A stretch of DNA of 64,000 bases from positions 9,982,001 through 10,046,000 of the forward strand of contig OX597824.1 of the NCBI GenBank assembly GCA_951406725.2. Direction: 5' to 3'. Below are positions 1-12,539 of this stretch, in pieces. Under the pieces are notes generated by a model, which saw nothing but the letters and a program-made list of their open reading frames with translations, was not told where the DNA came from and did not search any database. A program made the position numbers and the translations under genes. Source of the stretch: Octopus vulgaris. Lineage: Eukaryota. How positions within the stretch are numbered: position 1 is the stretch's first letter; every line of letters starts with the position of its first letter.

Positions 1-911
1 GGTCGATAAATTAAGTACCGGTTTCGCACTGGGGTCGATGTAATCAACTTAATTCGTTTGTCTGTCCTTGTTTGTCCCCTCTATGTTTAGCCCCTTGTGG
101 GTAATAAAGAAACAATTATTTGTATATAACATACAACCGTGTGTGTGTGTAATCATCTCCATTATCATTTTAACACTTTTTCATACTTGCATGAGTCAGA
201 AAGAATTTCTTGTGACAGATTTTCTGGGGCCAGACACCCTACCTCACTTGCTTTTAAACAAGGTAGTATTTTTCCCCCACACGCGTTTTCATGTCTGCTT
301 TCATGATGGTTGCACTCATTTACAACTATCACACACAGTGACAATGTCAAATGAGACAGTAACACACACACACACATATATTATATAATATATATATATT
401 CTTTTACTTATTTCAGTCATTTTGACTGTGGCCATGCTGGAGCACCGTATTTAGTCGAACAAATCGACCCCAAGAATTATTCTTTGTAAGCCTAGTACTT
501 ATTCTATCGGTCTCTGTTACTAAACCGCTAAGTTACAGAGACGTAAACACACCACCATCGGTTGACACACAAACACATATATATATGTATATATATATAT
601 GTGTGTGTGTGTATATGTATATATATATATATATATATCATCATCATCAAACGATGATGATGATGATATATATATATATATATATACATATACACACACA
701 CACACACATATATATACATATATACGACGGGATTCTTTCAGTTTCCGATTACAAAATCCACTCACAAGGCTTTGGTCACTCTTGCACAAAGTGCCACGCT
801 GTGGGACCGAACCCAGAACCATGTGGTTAGGAAGCAAGCTTCTTACCACACAACCACTCCTGTATATAGAAGTGGTACATATATAGGAGTGTATATATGT
901 ATGTGTGTGTG

Positions 912-957
<46 letters not shown>

Positions 958-3162
958 CACACACATACATATATATACACAATGAGTTTCCGTGTACCAA
1001 ATCTACCCATAAGGTTTTGGTCAACCTGGGGCTACATCATAGAAGACGACTGTCCAAGGTGCCACACAATGGGACTGAACCCAAAACCATGACGTTGAAA
1101 AGCAAACTTCTTTCCACACGACCAAGCGCGCATGTGCATCTGTGTAAAATATAAATAATTTCGTAATTCCATGTTTGGAGACCTAGAATTACACACACAC
1201 ACACATACAAACTAATCAATGTTGAAAAATGGGAGTAGGACATGTTCGAGTTAGGAAACTAAATGCGTCGTGATATTTCAGTCGTAATCTCCATTGTTTT
1301 TTCTTCTCTTTTCTTTTCTTTTTTTTTTCAACAAGGATGGTAATTAGCCAGACTAGATTGTTGCTGTGAAGACCCAAAACAGCCCTCATTGAGCAAACAT
1401 CTAATAAAAAAAGACTTAAGTATTAACCATTAGAGATTTATATATATATATAAGGCTATATTCTACAATCCGTTTTTCTTTGTTTTTATAAGGTCGATTA
1501 TCTGTCTATGGGTATTTGGCTGTTATTTCTAGCAATCCGAGCAGCCACGTAGAAAGTTCCTTTTATGACTAAATGTTCTACATGGGTCTCTTCGTGCTGT
1601 GTCACATCCTTTCGCCATTCGATATCCCCAAAGTGATCGATAAAATAAATAACAGTAATATGTCGGGATGAACCGAATTGGCGACACCGCGCACCCTTCG
1701 CAAAAAAGAAAACGATCCCTTTTATGTCTTGAGAAGAATACTTTTTAACCACCTCCACCACTACCACCACTAAATACTGTGACTAACAATAGCAGAGAAT
1801 CTCTGAGACGGGAGTAAAAATGAAGTAATGTCTTGTATATCGTTTACCAGCTGGAAAGTTTTCAGAGATAAACGAAACCTAACATGGCTTATTTTTCCAC
1901 GTGTGTTTGTGTGTTGGAGATGAAAAAAGAAAGCTTTTGTCTGTTAAATAAAAACCATTCTACTATTGTGTTCTTCCAGTTTGCTGGGACGGCCATAAAA
2001 AAAACTGAAATATGTGTATATACATTTATATATAAGGAGGTTAGCAAAAGCATCAGCATCGCCCAAGATCTGACCTCTTAAATAAATGACGTTTAGTAAA
2101 ATCAGCTGGTCGAGGTCGGAGAATGGAGTATGTAAAACGGTAGCACTGAAGCAGAGTTTAGAAAATAGGCGAGAGCAAAACTGAAATTTGGCGAAGGCAA
2201 ATTGGATATTTTTGAAAATTCTAGAGAAAAACAAAAATTACTGAAAGCATCTTCAAATAATTTTCAGCTTTATTTTTTATTATTTAGCTCAGCAATTAAC
2301 AAAATATCGTCTTCGTAGATTTCATGCCATAATGGAGATGGTAGTGGCCCAGACATTAAATCGTTTATGAAAAGAGAGATCTGGACATCGAAATGGACTT
2401 GGTATCTAGTATATTACTGGTAGTTCAACGAGTGACTTCGGAAGATGGGGAGGAGGGGATCGAATCAACATCAAGGTACCATTAAATATCGGTAAAAATC
2501 TCTAGTTTGGTTCTTTAAACGTGCTTAATATCCCACAATAACAACAACATTTTATGCTATAGACACAAGCTCTGAAGACGAGGGGGATAGTCGATTCATA
2601 TCGACTCCAGTGCTCAACTAGTACCCAACTAGTATTTATTTCATCGACCCCGAAAGAATAAAAGGCAAATAATAATAATAGTCTCTGATTTAAGGAAAAT
2701 GCCAGCACCTTAATAATAATAATAATAATAATGTTGAATGATGATCTTCATCTGCTACAAGAACAAAACAAAACTGGTTTAATGAAATATATAATACTGC
2801 TACTATTACTAAAGATAATATACAAGGAACTCCCAGACACCAAAAGAGGGGCAAAAATTAGATGAGACTAAACTCAGGTGACACTCTTATAACCAAGTCG
2901 CAATAGATTGGGATATTGATGAAAACAGATTAATTTCATCGATATTGGAAATAGAAGAAGTTCCCACATCGATCTGAATTATGTATCCGCCAATATGAGT
3001 CTTCGACTGTCTCTCTTAATTATCCTTCTGTCTACATATTTATCCATTAATAATACATCTATCTATGGATCTCGTATATCTATCTGCACCTCCCTGTATC
3101 TACCTACCTACCTACCTACCTACTCATCGAGCTAGGTCGCTTGCTAGCTTGGTAGCTTGCTA

Positions 3163-3297
3163 GCAGGATTGCCAGGCTATCTGTCTAGCTTTTTGTCTAT
3201 ACACCTTGCAGGATTGCCAGGCTATCTGTCTAGCTTTTTGTCTATACACCTTGCAGGATTGCCAGGCTATCTGTCTAGCTTTTTGTCTACACACCTT
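3163..3297. repeat. 45-bp minisatellite x3, followed by (TG)n and (TA/CA)n microsatellites to about 3733
   Basis: Unit GCAGGATTGCCAGGCTATCTGTCTAGCTTTTTGTCTATACACCTT. Confidence 0.9.
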
Positions 3298-3413
3298 TAC
3301 ATACATACATGTGTGTGTGTGTGTGTGTGTGGAGTGCGTGTGTGTGGTGTGCGTGTGTGGTGTGTGTGTGGTGTGCGTGTGAGTGTGTGTATGTGTGGTG
3401 TGCGTCTGTGTAT

Positions 3414-3454
<41 letters not shown>

Positions 3455-3639
3455 TGTGCGTGTGTTCGGTTTGTCAGACTAAATAGCTAGCCAAACCTTC
3501 TAATAAGACAAATAGCTATCTATTCCACTCTTTTCGGACAAGGATACAAAATAATCATATATATATATATACACATTATATATACATACATACATATACA
3601 CACACACACACATATATATATATATACATACATACATAT

Positions 3640-3674
<35 letters not shown>

Positions 3675-3754
3675 CATACATACATATACACACACATATA
3701 TATATATACACACATACATACATATATATATATAATAAAAATTGGTCAACTCAC

Positions 3755-4178
3755 CGGACACAATCCACTCTCCGCCGTTGTTGGAGAATTCGATAGCATT
3801 AACACATCCATAGTGAGCCTTGAGATCCTTATGGTAGAGATTATTAGCAAAATATAGGCGATCTTTGATGAACTTTCTCTGCAAAGAGTGGCCATAGGTG
3901 GAACGGTGAGTTAAATATGGAAGAGGTGAGAAAAGCGACTCTGTTTGCTGTCTTTTCGGAGTCGACGATGAAGCAGAGGAAGATGAGTGTGATGTGGATG
4001 ATGAAGAGGCATTGGCCGTGGCCGTGGCCGTCCAGGTGAGGCGATTGGTGTTGTGATGTCCACTTGTGGTGGCACAAGTCCTTGGAGGATGACATTTGTT
4101 CAGATCGCCGTCACCACGGCTCGAAACCGAGCTGTTCTGAGGTGCAGCCTTGCAAAATTTCCGCATATTGTTTGACAT
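3755..4178 (-). CDS. DCAF5: DDB1- and CUL4-associated factor 5 (WDR22), coding exon 1; the rest of the gene lies left of the window
   Basis: ATG at 4178. Translation ends ...[29 protein letters not shown], matching the DCAF5 first WD repeat as I recall it ([29 protein letters not shown]). Phase-1 donor G|GTGAGT at 3755/3754. Confidence 0.9.
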
Positions 4179-4330
4179 GGCACTTTTTAATGATCAGCTG
4201 CTTCGTTAAAGAGCAGTTGGGCTGAAGTAGAGGACATCGCAGACGAATAAACAAGAGAGAAGAGACATTTCATTGATCGTACACACACGACATGTTTTGG
4301 TTCAACCACTTCACAACATGGCTACTCTCT

Positions 4331-4340
4331 TCTCGCGAGA
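4331..4340. promoter_or_regulatory. TCTCGCGAGA palindrome (CGCG/BANP-type promoter element) about 150 bp upstream of the DCAF5 ATG
   Basis: Perfect 10-mer in a locally CpG-rich promoter region. Confidence 0.5.
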
Positions 4341-4420
4341 TTTCACTCAACACAAAATCTCGACCTTTTTTTTGACAACTTCTTCCAGATGAGATGTCGT
4401 CGCCTTTTGAACAAGATTTG

Positions 4421-5137
4421 GGATCTTTTCCGTTTCAACGGCAGTTTTTTAAAATAATTTCTAGATTTAAAAAAATTTTAAACTTCGTATACTGGTAGAA
4501 TGTGTTTATAAAACATCTTTTTCTCTTGGCTTTATTGAGAAAATTCTATAGTTTCTAAGATATTTGTTGTTGTTTTTTCTTCAATTTCTGCAATTTCAAC
4601 CAATCAATGACGTCCATTGAGGTAAAAAAAAAACATTCTGTGCCGTATGAAAATGTCCCTCGTTTAAGAAACAGGGATCTTTTCGGTTTGACCCACGTAA
4701 CTAAACACTTTTAAACTTCGTATACTGGTAGAATGTGTTTATAAAACATCTTTTTCTCTTGGCTTTATTGAGAAAATTCTATAGTTTCTAAGATATTTGT
4801 TGTTGTTTTTCCTTCAATTTCTGCAATTTCAACCAATCAATGACGTCCATTGAGGTAAAAAAAAAAACCCATTCTGTGCCGTATGAATATGTCCCTCGTT
4901 TAAGAAACAGATTGGGTTTATTTACATTTGTGAAGAAAAAAAGATACCCTTCCCCCCACCCCTAACCCAAAAACACATTGGGTTTATTTACATTTGTGAA
5001 GAAAAAAGATACCCTTCCCCCCACCCCTAACCCTAAAACAGATTGTAATGCAATAGATCGATACTAGGGTCATAATTATGGGTGACAATTTCATATGACA
5101 CTGCTAGAAAAAACTGCCGTTCAAACGGAAAAGATCC
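4421..5137. mobile_element. MITE with GGATC-terminated TIRs (Merlin-like), internally duplicated
   Basis: TIRs GGATCTTTTCCGTTTCAACGGCAGTTTTT / AAAAACTGCCGTTCAAACGGAAAAGATCC, 9-bp TSD CAAGATTTG, extra TIR start at about 4675. Confidence 0.8.
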
Positions 5138-5679
5138 CAAGATTTGTTCGTCTGACACCAACCAAAGAAGGAAGAGGAATTACGTTTTAAATTAAATTTC
5201 ACTTTATATGTTGTTGCTCTTGTCGTTGTGGTTATTGTTTAACCCAGGTCGGCCAAGATCGAGTAACTTCATATTCAAAGGCTTTCCAGCCATGCCCATC
5301 CATCTTAATCGCTCGAAGAAGTGTTGGTTTCAAATTTTAGTACAAGGCCAGCAATTTCGGGGTTGGTGGGGAGCTAAGTCGATAACATCGACCTCAGTGC
5401 TCAGATTATACTTATTTTATCGACCTCAAAAGGCGGAATTTCAACTCAAACACAGAGAAATATTAACCATGTACAGTGTGATGTGAGGGAAGCTTAGCTG
5501 CTATTTCTAGGTCTAGTTGTAGTTTTCTAACGCTGATCAACCATGACTGTTCAAAGACTTTCCAGCCATTGCCAGCCATCTTTTTGCTGCCACTATGGAC
5601 TATAACTAGCCACGTATGGTGTGATATGAACTAGATTTAGCTGCTATTTCTAGAAGGTAGTGCGACCACTCAGAACCTA

Positions 5680-6098
5680 TTTCTTTATTACCCACAAGGG
5701 GCTAAACACAGAGAGGACAAACAAGGACAGACATAGGTATTAAGTCGATTACATCGACCCCAGTGCGTAACTGGTACTTAATTTATCGACCCCGAAAGGA
5801 TGAAAGGCAAAGTCGACCTCGGCGGAATTTGAACTCACAACGTAACGCAGACGAAATACCTATTTCTATTTCTTTATTACCCACAAGGGGCTAAACACAG
5901 AGAGGACAAACAAGGACAGACATAGGTATTAAGTCGATTACATCGACCTCAGTGCGTAACTGGTACCTGGTACTTAATTTATCGACCCCCGAAAGGATGA
6001 AAGGCAAAGTCGACCTCGGCGGAATTTGAACTCACAACGTAACGCAGACGAAATACCGCTAAGCATTTTGCCCGGCGTGCTAACGTTTCTGCCAGCTC
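5680..6098 (-). mobile_element. tRNA-derived SINE family 1 (GGCGAGCTGGCAGAA head), self-nested dimer; many other copies (e.g. 1-110, 7240-7445, 8555-9203, 25150-25385, 36450-36682, 45590-45825, 57590-57800)
   Basis: TSD GCGACCACTCAGAACCTA, A/B-box-like head, conserved GCCTTTCATCCTTTCGGGGTCGATAAA core. Confidence 0.85.
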
Positions 6099-6598
6099 GC
6101 GACCACTCAGAACCTACATGGTGGCTAGTCACAGAAATTCACGTTTTTAATCGCGCTGTTATTAACTGAAAATTAACTTTTGGTTTGGTGACTTATTTCT
6201 TTTCTGTTTTTTTTTAATCCTGATGAAGGGTTACTTCTGGAGCAAGAAGCGAAAAAATATAGCATAAGCATATTAATTCAATATCAATGTAGCACAAGTA
6301 CCTACTTCCTACTCCATGTTTATAAAATAAGTACCAATGATATACGCTCAACGTCATCATTGTTTTAGCATTCACCTTTCCATGTGCTTGTATGGGTCAG
6401 ACGGAATACGATGAGATATTTTCTGTGACCGTATGCCCTTCCTGTCACCAATCTTCAACTATTTTCCAAGTGAGATCATATTTCCCCATATCCAGATAGA
6501 CTTTCACTGAAGATTGCAACATCAAAGCACCCCTTGCATGACAGTAACACTCGTTTGTCTATCATGCAAAGAGACAATGATACTCCCCCACTCCACTC

Positions 6599-6635
<37 letters not shown>

Positions 6636-7048
6636 CTAGCAGCTAAGCCCGGTTTCACCCGGTCTGTTTGGATGATGTGGCTGTGATCGTTTTCGGTAAG
6701 GCATAATCTATAACACCGTTTCTCAACCATATCATTTCGGGTCCCCTGTTTCGATTGGAGCCTCCGGCTGTATGAAAATTTCCTGGCCCCACCCTGTCAG
6801 AAAACAGCTTCTACGCAACTGGTTGTTTTAATGGCGGAAGAAAGAGGGGAATCCCATTAAAAAAAGTTTTAATCAATTTTCTCGGTAAGTATGGGGGCTA
6901 GGAAAAAAAAAATACAAACTGCATTCCAATCTATGCACCCTTCTCCACAAGAGTGCCATTTTTCATGTGAATCCACCCAGCCGTTTAACTGTGAACCTCA
7001 AGACCAGAAAGAATACAACGATCGCCCATTTCCAATTTATATTATAGA
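6636..7048 (-). mobile_element. Non-autonomous Helitron
   Basis: Minus strand has 5' TCTATAATATAAA and 3' hairpin CCGGGTGAAACCGGG plus CTAG, within (TA)n. Confidence 0.7.
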
Positions 7049-9761
7049 TATATACATCAGGCTTCCACTCAGTTTCTGCCCATCAGAGGCTTTGGTAAAC
7101 GCAGGGCTATAGTAAAAGATACTTGCCCAAGGGGTCACACTGTGGGACTGAACCTGAAATTATGTGGTGGAGAAGCAAACTTCATGTTACCCAGACATGC
7201 CTGCACCTAAGGTCACAAAAACTGACCTCTTTGTTTCTTAAACATAGAGGAGACAAACAAGAACAGACAAAGGGATTAAGTCGATTACATCGACTCCAGT
7301 GCATAACTGGTACTTAATCTATCGACCCCGGAAAGGATGAAAGACAAAGTCGACCTCAGTGGAATTTGAACTCAGAACGCAGCGGCAGACAAAATACCAC
7401 AAAGCATTTCGCCCGGCGTGCTAATGTCTCTGCCAGCTCACCACCTTAACCTTTTTGTTTCTACTTAACAAAATAGCTTTATGTCTACAAAATATTCATT
7501 CAAAGAATTCCATCTTCACATTCACCACCATACACCCAGAGATGCAAGAGCTAAAGTCCCACCAGTTGCTTCAAACCCCACAAAAATCTACTGGCTCTAA
7601 TAATGTTCAGGGCTGGATTTACGTATGGACCAATATGGGCCATGGCCCAGAGGCCCCCAAACTAAGGGGATACCAAGCAATGGGGGCTCGTTTAACTCAG
7701 GAAAACCTAAAACTTGGCATTAAAAATTTTGAAATATTTTTCCAGCAGTCAAACATTATCTGTGATTTTTTTAATCCACAGAGTGTGGTAAGTAGCTTGC
7801 TAACGAACCACATGGTTCCAGGTTCAGTCCTACTGCGTGGCACCTTGGGCAAGTGTCTTCTACAATAGCCTCGGGCCGACCAAAGCCTTGTGAGTGGATT
7901 TAGTAGACGGAAACTGAAAGAAGCCCATCATATATATGTATGTGTGTGTATATGTTTGTCCCCCCCCTCCCCAACATCGCTTGACAACCAATGCTGGTGT
8001 GTTTACGTCCTTGTAACTTAGTGGTTCGGCAAAAGAGACCGATAGAATAAGTCCTGGGGTCGACTTGCTCGACTAAAGGCGGTGCTCCAGCATGGCCACA
8101 GTCAAATAACTGAAACAAGTAAAAGAGAGTTCTTTTTAAGTTATTGAACTCTCTTTTGATTGGATGGGCTCGTTTAGATATAAAAAAAATTATTACATTT
8201 AACTGAATACCTCTGAATCTATTAAGGCTCTTGAGTTAAACTGAACCCTCACAGAGGGGCCCATCTGTTCAGCATGTACCCTCAAATGCATCACAGAAAA
8301 TGCTTCTGTTGCTAACAATTAGTTCTCTACAAAGCATAGACACAAACATGGCTGTATGGTTAAGAAGCTTGCTTCCCAAGAATGTGGTCTTAGGTTCAGT
8401 CTCACTGCAAGGCACTTTGGATGTCTCCTGCAATAGTCTTCAGTCAACCAAAGCCTTGGTACAAAGAAACTGAAAGATGCCTATTACATATGTGTATATT
8501 TATGTGTGTGCTTACCATTGGCTAGACATCATGTGATGGCTGTGAGCATCATTTCTCATTTCTTTATTGCTCACAAGGGGCTAAACATAGAGGGGACAAA
8601 CAAGGACAGACAAACGGATTAAGTCGGTTACATCGACTCCAGTGCATAACTGGTACTTAATTTATCGACCCTGAAACGATGAAAGGCAAAGTCGACCTTG
8701 GCAGAATTTGAACTCAGAGCGTAACGGCAGACCAAATACCGCTAACCATTTCGCCCGGTGTGCTAATGTTTCTTATTTCTTTATTGCTCATAAGGGGTTA
8801 AAAATAAAAGGGACAAACAAAGGGATTAAGTCGATTACATCGACCCCAGTGTATGACTGGTACTTATTTAATCGACCTCGAAAGGATGAAAGGCAAAGTT
8901 GACCTCGGCGGAATTTGAACTCAGAATGTAACGGCAGACGAAATACTGCTAAGCATTTCGCCCGGCATGCTAATGTTTCTGCCAGCTCGCCGTCCTTTCT
9001 CGAAATACCTATTTCTTTACTACCCACAAGGGGATAAACAAATGGATTACATCGACCCCCAGTGCGTAACTGGTACTTATTTGATCAACCCCGAAAGGAT
9101 AAAAGGCAAAGTCGACCTCAGTGGAATTTAAACTCAGAACGTAACGGCAGACGAAATACTGCTAAGCATTTCACCCAGCACGCTAACGTTTCTGCCAGCT
9201 CGCATCATTGCTATACAAGCTATGTTGTTTCATGAAAAATATATCTAGCAATGGAAAAAATAATACCATGTTTGAAAACAGGTGAAGGTTGGTGACAGGA
9301 AGGGCATCCATCCAGCTGCAGAAAATTTGTCTTAACAAATTCTGTCTGATGCTTACAAGCATAGAAAAATAGACATTGAATGATGATGACAAAGAAAGCT
9401 AGGGTGAGATTCATAATGGAGTACTGCTTTGACATCTATGAAGATGCTTCTGCTTCACAAACAAACATCCAAAGAAAGGTTACCCAACTATTAACATGGA
9501 GTCACTTACCCCAACATTATTATCCTTCTCACAGATATGCTGTATCTTCTTTCTCAAACTTTTCTACCACTACTACAATGGTCTTTGCCCTCTGAGACTG
9601 GCAAACTTCATGTCACTCCATTCGAGTACTCTTGACTCAATTAATCTCCCATCTTGGCACCACCCATATTGTTTCCACTGACATTAGGCAAATTCTTGTA
9701 GGTGGTGTTTCTTTAATGAGACTTATCCATTTGATGTCAAATGTCAAAAGAGAGGAATTAA

Positions 9762-9980
9762 CCCTTTCGTTACTGTATTTATTTTGAGATGCTCTGTGTT
9801 TCTTCCAATTACTTTAAATATAACAAAGAATTTAGTAAAATAATTTAGTTCTCATTAAGCTAGTGTTAGGAACATAAATTGTGACTAAGGTTTGATGGAA
9901 GATTTTAATTCAAAACTTATGAAGACAAGACATTGTACTCAGAGCCAGAACCGGTTTCAGCCGGGTTGGTAATGAAAGGG
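9762..9980. mobile_element. piggyBac-type MITE
   Basis: TTAA|CCCTTTCGTTAC...GTAATGAAAGGG|TTAA. Confidence 0.75.
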
Positions 9981-11141
9981 TTAAGTTTTAAATTAAAATT
10001 CCTTTTGGGTTATAGAATCATTGTTTGCACTGTGTACAGCGAGATCATGAATGATTGTGAGTTTATTCTTGATATGCTCAGACAGGTTGAAAAGCAAAAT
10101 ATGCTAATCTTTGTAATGTACATCAAGGAGACAAACTCTTTTATGACAACAGTATGTTCAACACACTTGACACATTGGTGAGGAGGATTTGGGGACCCCA
10201 GTGTTTCAACACGCTGCATCTCATCAGTGCTGTGTACCTTTGAGTCTAGCCAAGCAGCTGGCTAGTATTGATGGCCTTCGCAAGCCCTTCAAGACCAGTG
10301 AAATTGAAGTGACTAAAGTGCTTCTTGAGCAATAATATGTAATGACTGTAGGAAAGCTGTATAGGAAGGGAATTCCTAAGAGTTGTTTGTTTTGGGGAAG
10401 AAACAGAGACTGTTGTGATTAAGTGAAGAGCTTTGTGACACCCCAGGTTCCCCACTGACCACTACACCCACGAGCTCTAAGTTGAGCAAAGGGCTAGTCC
10501 CCCTTAGCCACAAGGCAGCCTCTAAGTGATCACGTAACATTCTAGAAAGGGTAGCTGAATCTCCCTCATATCACATCATACATGGATAATGTAGCTTTTT
10601 GAGCCAATGGAAAGAGATGTCCATGATAGGAAAGCCTTTAATCCCGAGGCTATTCAATCATGACTGATTCACTTTGTAGGCATCTTTGCATTTACTACAG
10701 CTGTCTAACATTATTCGCACATCCAGATATTAAAACAACTGGTTTGAAGTCTACCACCTTAATGCATGCATGTGGAGGCACATGGCCCAGTGGTTAGAGC
10801 AGCGGACTCGCGGTCGAGGGATCGCGGGTTCGAATCTCAGACCGGGCAATGTGTGTGTGTTTATGAGCAAAACACCTAAGCTCCACGCGGCTCCGGCAGA
10901 AGGTAATGGCGAACATCTGCTGACTCTTTCGCCACAACTTTCTCTCACTCTTTCCTCCTGCATCTTGCAGCTCACCTGCGACGGACCGGCGTCCTGTCCA
11001 GGTGGGGAACCTATACGCCAAGGAAACCGGCCCTTATGAGCCAAGGATGGCTCGAGAAGGAACAAACAACAACAACAACCTTTATGCATGATAGCACATT
11101 TTTACTTATTCTATTTGAAAATCATTCAAATTTCAGGTTGC

Positions 11142-11361
11142 CAGTAGTGGACGCATATAAATATTACTGTTAACTCGGCCTCCATCATCTGGGTAGGAAG
11201 ATCAGTAACTAGCAGTTCAGATTATAACGTGACAGAATTTAAGGGTAGAATATTCTACTCTTAAATTCTCTTGCATTATGATCTGAACTGCTAGTTGCCA
11301 ATCTTTCCACTTTGATAACGTTGGCTGGGTTTATGGCAATGTTCATATGCATCTACTATTG
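11142..11361. repeat. 220-bp loop-less imperfect palindrome (foldback element)
   Basis: Axis GTAGAAT|ATTCTAC at 11251/11252. Arms AACTAGCAGTTCAGAT/ATCTGAACTGCTAGTT, ends CAGTAGTGGACGCATAT/ATATGCATCTACTATTG. Flanked by GTTGC on both sides. Confidence 0.85.
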
Positions 11362-12002
11362 GTTGCGTATCAACTTTTTGCACACTCCATCTACCAACAT
11401 TGCAACTATTACATAATTCTGAGCCTTTAGAAACAGCTGTCGGACATGAAATACTCTTAGTTATCCAGATTTTTTTGTATTCTATATAAATTTGTTCTGT
11501 AAATATATATCTACATGCTTACACACAAGTATTCATTTTCTTAATATTTTCAGTTCTTTCTCTCTATATATACCCCTATATATATTTACATGTGTATATG
11601 TATGTATGCATATTTTATATATCAAACCCAAGCATGTTTATTTGCATCACTATCTTCATATCAGCTCATCTGTATTCCTCTTGTAGCAAACTTAGTCTTC
11701 AAAAAAGACTTTGGAGAATAAGTTCAAATCATTTGAGCACTACATGTTTTCTAAATTGATCCTCTCTGGATCTCACCTGTTGACTGTACATGTGTGTGTG
11801 TGTATTTATATATATCATTATCATTTAACATTCCATGCTGGCATGGGCTGAACAGTTTGTACACACACACACACACACACACATATATAATTTTAGAAAA
11901 TGAATAAAACGACCAAACAAAATGCAATATTTATTTCCATAAGTATCCGTGGTTTCTTTTCTCTTTCCGTGTCTTAAATGAATTAATAAAAAAATATATA
12001 GA

Positions 12003-12205
12003 TCACTCTGATATATCACATGCATATAAGTGAAATTCATCTTTTATTGCCATCAGCATAGCAGAATTACCATGGAGACCAGCCCAATGGTCTGAATAAT
12101 GGATGGCAGGAATAAAGTCCAGAGAACATGGATGAGGTGGTGGTATGCTTTTTAACAAGATACCAGTCTTCATATCCCAGAACCTTGAGTAACAGTCTTG
12201 GCCCA
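12003..12205 (-). CDS. DCAF4: DCAF4 last coding exon
   Basis: TTTCAG|(V)GQDCYSRFWDMKTGILLKSIPPPHP...YACDISE*, matching the DCAF4 C-terminus (VGQDCYTRIW...IPSP). AATAAA on the minus strand near 11930. Six exons total 1791 bp (596 aa plus stop). Confidence 0.9.
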
Positions 12206-12539
12206 CTGAAATATAAATAAAATCCCATGAGATTATTTACAGATTTTATTTGAAATTTTTTTTTTTTAAATCATAATTTTTTTACATCTTTTTCTCAAGT
12301 CTTTCATGACTATGCTCCTAATGAAATATTCTGTTATATATCTTTCTTTTACTTGTTTCAGTCATTTGACTGGAGCCATGCTGGGACACTGCCTTCAAAG
12401 GTTTTATGTCGAATAAACTGACCCCGGTACTTAATTTCGGTCTCTTTTGCCAAACAGCTAGGTCAAAGGGATATAAGCAAACCAACGTCCATTGTCAAAC
12501 AACTGTGGGGAACAAACACAACACAAAGATACACAGAGA

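Noticed and set aside
1498-1770. Minus-strand 90-aa ORF as DCAF5 exon 2
   Set aside because: It lacks the expected GDDRRVLLW continuation and I found no suitable phase-1 acceptor.
3163-3297. Regular direct repeats here and at 20324-20510 and 62411-62500 as CRISPR-like arrays
   Set aside because: Head-to-tail repeats without unique spacers, no cas genes, eukaryotic context.
68-3723. Many 60-150 aa ORFs rich in YI/CV/HT
   Set aside because: Translations of (TA)n/(TG)n/(CA)n microsatellites and SINEs; the same applies to similar ORFs throughout the window.
4950-5037. CCCTAACCCTAA as an interstitial telomere
   Set aside because: Only 1-2 units, and an integral part of a MITE also present at 28330.
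10195-10235. Minus-strand CTGATGA-GATGC-AGC-GTGTT-GAAAC hammerhead-like core, and CTGATGA...CGAAA at about 6220-6255
   Set aside because: I could not form a convincing stem I and cleavage site; at best heavily decayed.
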